Positions 8,786-18,739 of a DNA stretch of 64,000 nucleotides are shown in pieces; position 1 is the first letter of the stretch, and the number at the start of each line of letters is the position of its first letter. This DNA is from a virus. The DNA lies in IMG/VR virus record IMGVR_UViG_3300023184_003179, positions 24,587 to 88,586 of that record. One strand, 5' to 3'. Under the pieces are notes generated by a model, which worked only from the letters and a program-made list of their open reading frames with translations, did no database searches and was not told the DNA's origin. Made by a program: the position numbers and the translations under genes.

Positions 8786-9791
8786 TAATTATTTTTAACT
8801 TAAGTTGTTCTTGCAACTCTAAGTCTTCCTTAACTCTATTAATAAAGCCATCACGTCCTTGCACCTTTGTACCATCATCTAGTTGATACCAAGCACCAGT
8901 TCTGTTAACAAGCCCCATTGACTCTGCAGTATCAACAAGATCGCCAATTGTATCAAGCCCAATGTCATCACCTCTGAAATAAAAGTCATATTCTCCAGAT
9001 TGGAAACCTGGTGAAGTTTTAGAGAATTGAAGTTCCCAGCGAATTTTTCTGCCAGTTTTTTCTTCAATTAATTTATCTCCAACTTTAATCTTACCTTTAA
9101 TTGCTTGATTATCTGATTCAGAAGAAAATAGTTTTATAATGCAAGATGAATAAAACTTTGTAGCCTGTCCACCAGAAGGCTGTTGACTTGTATACATTGC
9201 ATTAATATTATTGCGTGATTGAGAGATAAGCACTAACAATGTTGGCTTAACTTTATTATTAGCATAATTTAACATTTTCCAAGCATTACTAAAGTCACGA
9301 GACTCTGCACCAATTTGTTTAGTATTTTCAAGAGCCTTCATCTCATCTGAATCTTTTTCAAAATATATTGCAGGAAGCATTGATGTAATAGAGTCTACAA
9401 CAATTAAATCTACTCCAGCATTCATTAACCCAACACCAACATCAACCATATCGCTGATTGTTCTTGCTTGTGAATAAATTAATTTAGTTGGATCTACACC
9501 CAATTGTTTTGCCCAGTCTTCAGAGTAAGACATTTCTGAATCAATCCATGCACAAACTTTGCCTTCTTTTTGTGCTAATGCAATCATTTGTAGACACATT
9601 GATGATTTGGCTGAAGACTTGCTTCCCCAAATAAGAACTTGACGACCATATGGAAGTCCACCACCTAATGCACGATTCAATCCAAAACTTGGAGTTGGTT
9701 GATACTCAAAAGTAATTCCTTCTCCTGTACTTAAACGCTTACGCAATCTGGGATCTAGTTGTGCTAATACATCTTCTACGCTAACTGACAT
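8778..9791 (-). CDS. recA: RecA/UvsX-family recombinase
   Basis: LGGGLPYGR, Walker A GSKSSAKS, WIDSE, Walker B IVVDSI, GGQATKFYSS, GAWY. Confidence 0.93.
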   Translation of the reverse strand: MSVSVEDVLAQLDPRLRKRLSTGEGITFEYQPTPSFGLNRALGGGLPYGRQVLIWGSKSSAKSSMCLQMIALAQKEGKVCAWIDSEMSYSEDWAKQLGVDPTKLIYSQARTISDMVDVGVGLMNAGVDLIVVDSITSMLPAIYFEKDSDEMKALENTKQIGAESRDFSNAWKMLNYANNKVKPTLLVLISQSRNNINAMYTSQQPSGGQATKFYSSCIIKLFSSESDNQAIKGKIKVGDKLIEEKTGRKIRWELQFSKTSPGFQSGEYDFYFRGDDIGLDTIGDLVDTAESMGLVNRTGAWYQLDDGTKVQGRDGFINRVKEDLELQEQLKLKIINA

Positions 9792-12700
9792 TTACATCCT
9801 CCATTATTACTGTGCCATCTTTTGTTTTGCCAAAACTAAATCTATAAGCGTTTCCTTCTTGAATATGCATATACGCTTTTGGAAATGCAGTTGGAAATAC
9901 TGTAACAGAATGCAAATCTCTTGCAGTATCTGCTAAAGTAAGCGATGCCATTTTTTTTCCAGTTTTTGTAATTCTTGATTTAAAAGAAACAACAAACATT
10001 TCATCATCTTTGTATGGCAGTTGTTTATAGTTTAAAAATTTTACAAGAGCATCTGATGAACTTTTTAATTCATCAACTGGTATTGCAGACAAAATACGAT
10101 TATCACTTACTAAAATCAAACAAGTTTTTCCAGTTTCAATTTTTGTTTGTTCTTCGTCAAAAATTCCAACACTACCAGTCTTATCAAGTATTTCAACTCT
10201 TGACCAGCCTTTACCACGTTTAATTGATTTAACCATGCCCATAATGATAAATGATCCTTTTTCTTCAAAATCTTCAATTGGTTGAATAAAGGCATAATAG
10301 TGCGAAGGAACTGTAATATTAAATTCTGGAAGATTTAAATATTCATATAGGTTTTCTTTAATTTCATTGTCGTTACGTGGATTATCAACAAAAGTTGCTG
10401 CTCCAGTTAATCTTAATGCGCTTAGTGCTCTACTGTTTACTCCATTACCTTTAGTAAATGTAAACTCTTCAAGTTCTTTGTAAGTAGCAAATGGTCTTGC
10501 TGCAATATATTTAGATGCAATATTATCTGAAATAAATTTAATTCCAGTTAGTCCAAAACGAATTCCCTTACCTTCAATTTTAAAATCTAGATCTGAATCA
10601 TTAATGTGTGGAAGTTTAACTGAAATACCCATGCGTTTTGCTTCAATTAAATATTCTGTACGACCATCTTTATCTTTTTCATTTTTAAGAAGGGCAAACA
10701 TAAACTCTAACGGATAGTAGTATTTGAGCCACGCTGTCCAATACGAGAGAGTACTGTAAGCAACGGCATGCGATTTGTTAAACGAGTAGCCTGCATGTGC
10801 TTCAAAATCATGCCACAAATCCAAAGCGGAATTAGGAGTAATATACCTAGAGGCACCAGTAACAAACCTATCACGGAATTCATCAAATTCTTTCGCATCT
10901 TTTTTCTTTCCAATAATTTTACGAACTTTGTCAGCCTCTGCCATTGTCATTCCACCTAGATGAACGCAAGCCTGCATAACTTGTTCCTGATATAGAATAC
11001 ACCCATATGTATCGCTAGTAAAATCTTTCATAATTTGATGTATATAAGATACATTTTGCTTACCGTGTTTACGAGCAATATAGTCTTTACCAATTGTATT
11101 CATTGCTCCTGGACGCACTAGTGCATTTGAGGCTGCTAGTTCATTAAAATTCTTTACCCCCATTTTTACTAGAAGGTTTGTGTATGGAGTTGCTTCACAC
11201 TGAAACACACCCTTAGTGTATCCATCAGAAAGCATCTCATAAATCTTTGAATCTGCCATGTCAAGAGTAAGTAGGTCAACATCTACATAGTGATTTTCTT
11301 TAATCATAGATACTGCATCTTGAATAACGCTCAAAGTTTTTAGTCCAAGAGCATCAATTTTAATTAAGCCAATTTTTTCTGCTTCACTCATATCAATTCC
11401 AACAACAGGAATTCTTTCATCTGATCCTGGTGACGAACGAGTTTCTAATGGAGCATATCTAAATATTGGATCTTTACTTGTTACAACTCCTGCTGCGTGA
11501 ATTCCAGTACCACGAATTCTTCCACGTAACTGATCTCCATATATAACAACTTCTGGATATTTTTCTCTAAACCAAACAGTATTCTTGGATGTGCAAAACT
11601 CATCCCAAGTATCAACAAGTTTAAGAACTTTATTAACATCTGTTAAAGGAATATCAAGAACTCTAGAAACGTCTCTTACTACTCCTTTATCTTTAAATTC
11701 AAGGAATGTAGCAATAGATGCAACGTGTCTATACTGTCTAACTAAATAATCTTTTACATCATCACGTCTTGTGTCTTGAATATCTGTATCAATATCAGGA
11801 AAGTCATTACGCTCTGGATTAATAAATCTAAAGAAAAGAAGTCCGTGTTCTAATGGATCAATATCTGTAATTCCAAGTAGATAACAAACTAATGATCCAG
11901 CAGAAGAACCACGACCAGGACCAACCATGATGTTTTCTTTTTTAGCCCAAGAAATCATATTTTGAACTACAAGAAAATATGGTGCAAACTTTTTATCCCG
12001 AATAATTGCAAGTTCTTCGTCTAATCTTTGTTCATAAATGTCATTGCCGAGCCAATTAGAGTTAAGTCTTTTTTCTTCTAATGCAGTAAATGCTAAGTTT
12101 GCCAACTCTTGATCTGGATTTTTATATTGAACTGGAAGAAGGTTTAACCCATCTTTAATGTCATAGTCTTCTACTGTATCTGCTAATTTTAATGTATTGT
12201 TGTAAATATCTGTCCTATTAATACCCTGCGCTTCCATAGCAGACTTAATTTCTTCATATGACAACAAGTGAATATCAAATTTGTTAAAGGTAATTTGACG
12301 ATCTTCTCCATAAAGATAGTCAAGGCGAGACATCATATTTTCTTTCTTTTTAGACTTTTCATATGATGCTTCTTTATTTACTTTAGCATGTGTATTCATG
12401 AGTAATTTAAACTCTTGAATCTCTCTTTGAGATGTGTCTGAATGGTGGCAGTCTGGAGTTACAACAACATCAATTTTAAATTCATCAGCAAGTTCAATAA
12501 GATGTTTATTAATTTCTGGAGTGTTGTGTGGCATAACCTCAATGTAATAATCACTACCAAAAGTATCTTTAAACCACTGTATATGTTTCTTTGCAAGAGC
12601 AAATTCATTTTCTTCAAGCGCCTTTACAATAACGCTACTTGGACATGCAGAGGTTACAATAATTCCTTCTCTGTATTTTTTAAGAATTTCAAAGTCAAAC

Positions 12701-13068
12701 CTTGGCTTTTTAAAAAATCCGTCTGTCCATGCTATTTCACTAATTTTATTTAAATTTTCTAAACCTAATTGGTTCTTGGCTAGAAGGACTATATGGTTAT
12801 AGACAAGATCTTGTTGACCTTTTCTTTCAGACTTATCTCTGCGGTCAGAGATGTCTGCACACATATAGCCTTCTAGACCAAGTATTGGCTTAATACCCTT
12901 TTCTTTTGCAGCACGGTACATTTCTCTGTGACCAGATAGTGAACCATGATCTGTAATTGCAAGAGCGGTCATACCCAACTTGCTAGCACGGTCAACGTAC
13001 TCTTGTGGAGTCGCTACGCCGTCAAATAGGGAGTAGTGAGTATGAACATGTAAGCCTACGTAACTCAT
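9781..13068 (-). CDS. dnaE: DNA polymerase III alpha subunit (family C)
   Basis: PHP domain LHVHTHYSLFDG/ITDHG, GPGRGSSAGSLV, PDIDTD, HAAGVV, KIDALGL, YSFNKSHA, C-terminal OB folds; no intein. Confidence 0.96.
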   Translation of the reverse strand: MSYVGLHVHTHYSLFDGVATPQEYVDRASKLGMTALAITDHGSLSGHREMYRAAKEKGIKPILGLEGYMCADISDRRDKSERKGQQDLVYNHIVLLAKNQLGLENLNKISEIAWTDGFFKKPRFDFEILKKYREGIIVTSACPSSVIVKALEENEFALAKKHIQWFKDTFGSDYYIEVMPHNTPEINKHLIELADEFKIDVVVTPDCHHSDTSQREIQEFKLLMNTHAKVNKEASYEKSKKKENMMSRLDYLYGEDRQITFNKFDIHLLSYEEIKSAMEAQGINRTDIYNNTLKLADTVEDYDIKDGLNLLPVQYKNPDQELANLAFTALEEKRLNSNWLGNDIYEQRLDEELAIIRDKKFAPYFLVVQNMISWAKKENIMVGPGRGSSAGSLVCYLLGITDIDPLEHGLLFFRFINPERNDFPDIDTDIQDTRRDDVKDYLVRQYRHVASIATFLEFKDKGVVRDVSRVLDIPLTDVNKVLKLVDTWDEFCTSKNTVWFREKYPEVVIYGDQLRGRIRGTGIHAAGVVTSKDPIFRYAPLETRSSPGSDERIPVVGIDMSEAEKIGLIKIDALGLKTLSVIQDAVSMIKENHYVDVDLLTLDMADSKIYEMLSDGYTKGVFQCEATPYTNLLVKMGVKNFNELAASNALVRPGAMNTIGKDYIARKHGKQNVSYIHQIMKDFTSDTYGCILYQEQVMQACVHLGGMTMAEADKVRKIIGKKKDAKEFDEFRDRFVTGASRYITPNSALDLWHDFEAHAGYSFNKSHAVAYSTLSYWTAWLKYYYPLEFMFALLKNEKDKDGRTEYLIEAKRMGISVKLPHINDSDLDFKIEGKGIRFGLTGIKFISDNIASKYIAARPFATYKELEEFTFTKGNGVNSRALSALRLTGAATFVDNPRNDNEIKENLYEYLNLPEFNITVPSHYYAFIQPIEDFEEKGSFIIMGMVKSIKRGKGWSRVEILDKTGSVGIFDEEQTKIETGKTCLILVSDNRILSAIPVDELKSSSDALVKFLNYKQLPYKDDEMFVVSFKSRITKTGKKMASLTLADTARDLHSVTVFPTAFPKAYMHIQEGNAYRFSFGKTKDGTVIMEDVNVS

Positions 13069-13069
13069 T

Positions 13070-13726
13070 TTACCAATCTGTGTTGGTTGATGAAGTTACA
13101 GATGGAGTATCAAACCCCAAATAGAATGCTTCTTGTTCAGCATAAGGAATTTTCTTTAGTGCTAACTCAAGAGGGTATGGCTTAAGTGCTGCCCAGTCAA
13201 ACGGTTCTTTATCTGGTGCAGATGGAATTAGCGTATAACTTGTTTCAGTGCCCTGACCATTACGCTTTAACTTCCATGAAATATTTGAGATGCTTCCTGT
13301 TTCAAGAGCATATTCACGAATAGTATTAAATGCAGATTGCTTGCTTACGCCCATTGACCAAATAGCCACGTATGGCGCTTCAATTCCATCATCTACAAGT
13401 ACGTTGCAATAAAAACGAAGACGTGCTCTCCAGCCAGCCTTTGGATCTTTGCGATGCATTTCTTCAGCCCAGTCACGGCCCTCAGATTCCATAGTATCTA
13501 CAGCCTTACGCTTATAGTCTTTTGGATTTGTGTGTTCTTTAACAACCAGTGCTAATCCACGTTCTGGATTATAGTTTGCAGAGTCTTCATCAAGTTCTTC
13601 AATGAATCTGATCTTTGCAGATTGTCCATCAGCAAGTTTTAACCATCTTACCTTTGGTGAGTTTTCGTCATACTTTGGTTTATCAACTAGGGCATTAATG
13701 TTCTTGAGTCCCTTTACAATAGTCAT
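13070..13726 (-). CDS. Single-stranded DNA-binding protein (gp32-like)
   Basis: WLKLADGQSAKIRF...KLKRNGQGTETSY, flexible tail ending TDW, located between primase and polymerase. Confidence 0.75.
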   Translation of the reverse strand: MTIVKGLKNINALVDKPKYDENSPKVRWLKLADGQSAKIRFIEELDEDSANYNPERGLALVVKEHTNPKDYKRKAVDTMESEGRDWAEEMHRKDPKAGWRARLRFYCNVLVDDGIEAPYVAIWSMGVSKQSAFNTIREYALETGSISNISWKLKRNGQGTETSYTLIPSAPDKEPFDWAALKPYPLELALKKIPYAEQEAFYLGFDTPSVTSSTNTDW

Positions 13727-13751
13727 ATTATTTTTTCCTTTTCTGTTTTAT

Positions 13752-14675
13752 CTATCTTAACATACCAATAATAGAATTGTCAAACTGAAATTCCAGTTTT
13801 TTAATTGCATCATCATCCATGTCGCCTATATCTTTGTATTTTTTATCTATATAAACTGATGTAACTATAGATCCAAGTTTTTCAATTAACTTATCTCTCA
13901 TTATTACACCAGCATCGTCGTTATCTGCAATCAGTACAACGTTATTAAAATATTTTTCTAATAACTTTATCTGTGCTGCAGAAACATTTGCCCCTAGGGT
14001 AGCAACCGCAGGGAATCCAACTTGGTCTAGTCTAATTGCATCAAAAGATGATTCAACAACATAAACAGTGCTTGATGCTTTAATTCTATGAAGATTAAAC
14101 AATACCTTACCTTTTGGCAATCCAGGTGTATTTTTAAATTCTTTTCCCTCAACAGTTCTAGCAACAAACCCTATACACATTCCATCTGGTGAGTGTATTG
14201 GTATTGTTACTGAGTCTTGTTTTTCTGAATATCCAAGATTAAATTTATTGATAGATTCTTTTGTAATACTTCTTCCTTCAAAATATCTAACTGCCCTTGG
14301 AGACTCTAATGCTTGATTAGTTAATCTTTTAATTAGAAGTTCATCATATTGTACAAATTCTGGTTTTTCAACCAAAGCCCTGTTAACTGAATCTTCAATG
14401 TTTGTTTCTTGTTCTTTGCTTTTAATATATCTAATTGATTCAAAATATGTTCTGTTAGATGTATACATTATAAATTCAATAAGACTTTTTGTTGTTTGGC
14501 ATCCAAAACAAAAAAACGTTCCATGATCTTTTGATACTTCTCCAGCAGGAGTTCTATTGTTATTGTGATATGGACAAAAGACAATATAGTCAGTTCCATA
14601 CTCTGCTTCAATATCAATTCCAGCACCAGTTAAAACACGACGTACCTGTTCTGCCGTATATATATCTTTAACCAT
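13752..14675 (-). CDS. dnaG: DNA primase (CHC2 zinc finger + TOPRIM)
   Basis: CPYH...CFGC, VYVVESSFDA, IADNDDAG, KDIGD. Confidence 0.92.
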   Translation of the reverse strand: MVKDIYTAEQVRRVLTGAGIDIEAEYGTDYIVFCPYHNNNRTPAGEVSKDHGTFFCFGCQTTKSLIEFIMYTSNRTYFESIRYIKSKEQETNIEDSVNRALVEKPEFVQYDELLIKRLTNQALESPRAVRYFEGRSITKESINKFNLGYSEKQDSVTIPIHSPDGMCIGFVARTVEGKEFKNTPGLPKGKVLFNLHRIKASSTVYVVESSFDAIRLDQVGFPAVATLGANVSAAQIKLLEKYFNNVVLIADNDDAGVIMRDKLIEKLGSIVTSVYIDKKYKDIGDMDDDAIKKLEFQFDNSIIGMLR

Positions 14676-15406
14676 TATTTATATTCTTTTCTTGTCCAAA
14701 ATTTATATTTATATGTTCTAATAAATCTTGTTTTTACTATGTTGTCAAGAATAAAATCTGTTGATGCATCCCTATCCTTTTTTTCTGAAATCCAGGACTC
14801 TCTTTTTATTGGTATTAATTGTGCTATTGGAGTTCCCTCTGGAATTATTCCAATAAAATTATCTTTTATAAAAAATGGAAGAAAAAGTTTATTTGGATAT
14901 TTATCTGTATCAACAAAAGCAGTTAATGTTGTAAATGGTAAATCATATCTTTGTGATGGATGAGTAATCCAAGTACTATACCCAGGTGGTGTTTTAATTA
15001 TCCAATCTACTGACCAGCGAAATGAAGTTGGATTGTGTCCAGTTGGGATTGGAAAATTTCCTAAAGTGCGATCATCTTGAATATCTGCTGGGTCCCATTT
15101 AATTCCCCACTCAATATATGGTGAATATCCTTCCTCTGCGCTGTTTGTAACTAAAATATCACATGGAGTAACAAATTGATATCCAGATGTGACTGAATCA
15201 ACCAATGGAACACAAAGTTTAAATGTTCCTATATCGTTATTTCCTGATTTAAATGCTTTTATCATATTGTTTTGATTATTTGAAAATAATTTTTGATTTC
15301 TATACCAAGTTGGGACATTGCTTGTTGATGGTTTTGGAATATCTAAAATAAATTTAGCAGCATCATTACCTTCTTGAAAAATAATTTTTTTATTTTTTTT
15401 AAACAT
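14675..15406 (-). CDS. dUTPase-fold-like (DUF6065-like) protein, paralog 1
   Basis: PKP...VPTWY, KLCVP..D...GY, IKTPPGYS, VDTDKY, GIIPEGTPIAQLIPIKRESW. Start refined to 15406 (SD GAGGA). Confidence 0.7.
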   Translation of the reverse strand: MFKKNKKIIFQEGNDAAKFILDIPKPSTSNVPTWYRNQKLFSNNQNNMIKAFKSGNNDIGTFKLCVPLVDSVTSGYQFVTPCDILVTNSAEEGYSPYIEWGIKWDPADIQDDRTLGNFPIPTGHNPTSFRWSVDWIIKTPPGYSTWITHPSQRYDLPFTTLTAFVDTDKYPNKLFLPFFIKDNFIGIIPEGTPIAQLIPIKRESWISEKKDRDASTDFILDNIVKTRFIRTYKYKFWTRKEYK

Positions 15407-16625
15407 TTTTATCCTCATAATCCTTATAGCGATAGTACCCTCTATCAAAATCTACTTGAACTAAAAAGTCACCCATAAAACCATTTCTATTTTTTCTAAA
15501 TACGCATTCAATAATATCACTATTCGTAGCACGACCAAGAGCCATAACCCAGTCAGCATCGTATGCAATTTGTCTTGACCAAGCAGTCTGTCCAAGAGTT
15601 GGGGGACTAGACAAATCTTTAACATCATCTGGTGTAGCAGAAGAGATAGCCATAATTGGAACTTCTTCGCTAATAGACATAAGTTTTAATTCACGAGAAA
15701 GATTCTTCATGCGAACTGTTTCATTATCTGATTTTTGATTTGGAGACATAAGTTGTAAATAATCAACAACAACAAAGTCTGGCTTGTACTGATCAATCTT
15801 TCCACGTATAACTGAAGGAGTTACTTCTCCACCACTGTCATTAGATATGATGTGAAACTCTGGTTTACCCTGCAACTTATCAGCATGCCATTTTTTAAGC
15901 ATATCAATTTCTACTTCGCCATTGCTTAGTTTACGATGAGACCAAAGACCTTCACCCATAATTGCAAACACACGATTACGTACTTCTGTTTCAGACATTT
16001 CAAGACTTATAACAAGTGGACTGCGACCCTGTTTCCAAGCCTGTACAGCAAAATACAGAGCCAGCCAAGACTTTCCAATACCTGGATATGCAAGGAATAC
16101 TCCAAGTTGTCCTGGCATAATTCCAGATGGTAAATAATTATCAAATCCAGGAAGGCCAGTCTTGATTCCAACCTGTCCAAGGTCTTGCATTTTCTTTACA
16201 TTTTCAAAATAAGCAACTGCAGAATCAAGATCAGTTACTTCAATATCTCTAATTGCAGCAGTATTCTTTTTAAGTTCTGATGTCTTAGTAATTAAATGTT
16301 CAAGAGCATTATTGCCATTACCACTTTGAACTTCACCTGCTGCATTACGTAAAATATCTTTAAGGCTATCATTTAAATATTCTGATTGCAATTCTTCAAG
16401 GTGATGCTTTGTTGCCCCAACTCCTTCTACTGGAGCAAAATCTCTAAACTTTTCTACAACTAATGATGTTGGTGGAACTGATTGATTATTTTCTGAATAC
16501 TGTCTAATAAAATTCCAGACATCATTATGAGTTCTTAAAAGATTATCAACATTGGCTTGCAAAAGTACGTGAATCTGTTTATCGTTTAATACTGCAGTAA
16601 TTAATTTTGCTTCTGTATTATTCAC
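15399..16625 (-). CDS. dnaB: Replicative DNA helicase
   Basis: AYPGIGKS, ISLEMS, VVVDYLQLM, DADWV, KNRNG. Confidence 0.94.
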   Translation of the reverse strand: MNNTEAKLITAVLNDKQIHVLLQANVDNLLRTHNDVWNFIRQYSENNQSVPPTSLVVEKFRDFAPVEGVGATKHHLEELQSEYLNDSLKDILRNAAGEVQSGNGNNALEHLITKTSELKKNTAAIRDIEVTDLDSAVAYFENVKKMQDLGQVGIKTGLPGFDNYLPSGIMPGQLGVFLAYPGIGKSWLALYFAVQAWKQGRSPLVISLEMSETEVRNRVFAIMGEGLWSHRKLSNGEVEIDMLKKWHADKLQGKPEFHIISNDSGGEVTPSVIRGKIDQYKPDFVVVDYLQLMSPNQKSDNETVRMKNLSRELKLMSISEEVPIMAISSATPDDVKDLSSPPTLGQTAWSRQIAYDADWVMALGRATNSDIIECVFRKNRNGFMGDFLVQVDFDRGYYRYKDYEDKNV

Positions 16626-16926
16626 TAATCCACTTCCTTGCTAGTTCCCTGCGTTCTTTTCTTTCTTTAATATCTTGCTCTACTTCTAGTTTACCATTAA
16701 GAATTTTTTCTGCATTGTATGCAAAATAATTCCAAGTAGGATTTTCTGCTATTTTAAAATAATAATCTAATAAATCATAACATTGAGAAATACCGTATGA
16801 TTCAACAAGAGCATCTGCAGCCCATTGTTCAACATTAAGATTCATATTAGACTTGGCTTCGTATCTTTGTAGATGTAATTTATTATATCTACTTAGCAAA
16901 GCCATACGGTCTTTGCGTTCAGCCAT
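16618..16926 (-). CDS. Hypothetical protein (possible helicase loader)
   Basis: 102-aa helical protein overlapping the dnaB start; role inferred from position only. Confidence 0.65.
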   Translation of the reverse strand: MAERKDRMALLSRYNKLHLQRYEAKSNMNLNVEQWAADALVESYGISQCYDLLDYYFKIAENPTWNYFAYNAEKILNGKLEVEQDIKERKERRELARKWISE

Positions 16927-16927
16927 A

Positions 16928-17140
16928 TTAGTCCTCTATGAGTGATTCTTTTGCGTCTTTTACCTTTTGAATAACTTGATTCTCAACAAATGTATAAACA
17001 CGATCCATTGCATCGCTAGTTGTTTCACCTTGACGCACTTGATCTACTACTCCAAGATCAACTCTTAGAGATTGAAAATTACCTAAATTTAATGTGTATC
17101 CTAATGTTGCTGATACCTTTGTGCTGTTATTTTCTTCCAT
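16928..17140 (-). CDS. Small hypothetical protein
   Basis: KVSATLGYTLNLGNFQSLRVD; G-rich leader GGTGGGGT directly before the ATG. Confidence 0.7.
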   Translation of the reverse strand: MEENNSTKVSATLGYTLNLGNFQSLRVDLGVVDQVRQGETTSDAMDRVYTFVENQVIQKVKDAKESLIED

Positions 17141-17158
17141 ACCCCACCATTTCTTCTA

Positions 17159-17701
17159 TTAAATATTCTCTGCCCACACAGGAATAAACCTGCCATCTTC
17201 TGTCTTCGTATATGTAAGTATACCGTCTCCCATACGCCTTGTCAATTCTTGGCTTGTAGGAGTCATATTGTTTGTTATTAGTCCATCTTTTCTTGGTTGT
17301 CCAATATGTATAGTAGCCAGTATAGCACGTATGTCTCGTACCATGCTTTCTGAATAATAAGATCTTATTCTAAATCCACGTTCACCATTTAACTTTGCCC
17401 CAACTGGTGGCGGAATCATTCCAGTTTTAATTAATTTAGGCATGTATTTTCTATGACGATTAATTAATTTAGCAGTCTCTGCTACAGTATATGCACGTTC
17501 TCTATTTTTTCTAAAATCTATACGTAAACATGTTTCAAGTCTATCTTTAGTAATATTATAAACAGAAACTAAACCAGTAGATCTTGAACTGTGATGAAGT
17601 CTAACAAGATCACCATTAAGGAACCATATTTTTTGATTGCCTTTGATTACAGTTGAGTTATTGTATGTTTCGCTCTGAATAATTCCTTTGCCAGTAACCA
17701 T
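17159..17701 (-). CDS. MerR/excisionase-like HTH DNA-binding protein
   Basis: AYTVAETAKLINRH...KTGMIPPP...RSYYSESMV. Confidence 0.7.
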   Translation of the reverse strand: MVTGKGIIQSETYNNSTVIKGNQKIWFLNGDLVRLHHSSRSTGLVSVYNITKDRLETCLRIDFRKNRERAYTVAETAKLINRHRKYMPKLIKTGMIPPPVGAKLNGERGFRIRSYYSESMVRDIRAILATIHIGQPRKDGLITNNMTPTSQELTRRMGDGILTYTKTEDGRFIPVWAENI

Positions 17702-17838
17702 CTGCCTTCTTCGCTTTCTGTCGGTGGATGATAAAAAATTCTTGATCCACAGACCATACAATAAATTTCCATATGTTGCAAACCACTATATTGTCTATCA
17801 ATAAATAGTCTGCCATTGCATTTTTTGCAATTAAGCAT
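17647..17838 (-). CDS. Zinc-ribbon protein
   Basis: CKKCNGRLF...YCMVCG; SD AAGGA. Confidence 0.7.
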   Translation of the reverse strand: MLNCKKCNGRLFIDRQYSGLQHMEIYCMVCGSRIFYHPPTESEEGRWLLAKELFRAKHTITQL

Positions 17839-17853
17839 TATTAATGTTTATCC

Positions 17854-18294
17854 TTAGTTTGGAATTCCAACAATAACTAAATGTACTGCTAGTGATAAAT
17901 CTCCAGAAGTTCCAAATCTTACAACACCTTCAATTCTTGAAGTTGTTACAGTTTTTAGAATAACATTTACATTTTGTCCTGCAGGTGTTTGTCCAATATT
18001 AACTGCTGTTGCTGAAACTATTGGAGAGTATTTAAAATCACTAAAATCATATGTAAATGTTTTTTCGTTTCCAGCAGAAACGGTTGAGTTATTTGCAACC
18101 TCAACATAGCCACCAATTATTCTAGTTTCAGATGTTTTAACATTTTGTGCACCAGCACTTACTGTATCTACTGTTGTATAGTTATATGTTGCTGATGAAA
18201 CCTGTGTAGACAAATCATTTACAGCCTCAACAAGTGAATATAAATATGTAACATCAAGAGGTTGCCCTCTTTCTGGTAGTGGTACCTTAGCCAT
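17854..18294 (-). CDS. Virion structural protein, H-type-lectin-like C-terminus
   Basis: FSDFKYSPIVSATA...VHLVIVG; last gene of the tail module; SD AGGAGG. Confidence 0.6.
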   Translation of the reverse strand: MAKVPLPERGQPLDVTYLYSLVEAVNDLSTQVSSATYNYTTVDTVSAGAQNVKTSETRIIGGYVEVANNSTVSAGNEKTFTYDFSDFKYSPIVSATAVNIGQTPAGQNVNVILKTVTTSRIEGVVRFGTSGDLSLAVHLVIVGIPN

Positions 18295-18313
18295 TAATTT
18301 CCTCCTCTTTTCA

Positions 18314-18739
18314 TTATACCAATAATTCTATTCCTGAGTCGTATATTTCAAGACTTTCGTTTAGTGTTTTTTGTGATGCCTCAACCTGAACAATAACACG
18401 AACATTTGTAGTGCCAGTATTTAAAAATGAATATGTATGTATTGGTGATGTTCCATGATATGTTGGTGATGTATTATCAAAACCAACAAATATATCATAT
18501 TTTGGTCTATTTAGTTCATCTCCCCAAACAACTGTAGTAATTGTTTGAGATATTTGTAATGCACCATTAACTGTAGTAATTGAATCATCTGCAATTATGT
18601 TTATTGGGGACCACTGAGATGTTCTGTTTTTATCTTCTGATACAACTCTGTATCTAAAAATATATCCAATATTTTCAGAATCAATTGCTGGAAGCAATGC
18701 CTTTTTAATAATTGCTTTTTTTATACCTGAGTCAGCCAT
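18314..18739 (-). CDS. Minor tail/baseplate protein
   Basis: FN3-like beta character (YRVVSEDKNRTSQWS); tail-module position. Confidence 0.6.
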   Translation of the reverse strand: MADSGIKKAIIKKALLPAIDSENIGYIFRYRVVSEDKNRTSQWSPINIIADDSITTVNGALQISQTITTVVWGDELNRPKYDIFVGFDNTSPTYHGTSPIHTYSFLNTGTTNVRVIVQVEASQKTLNESLEIYDSGIELLV

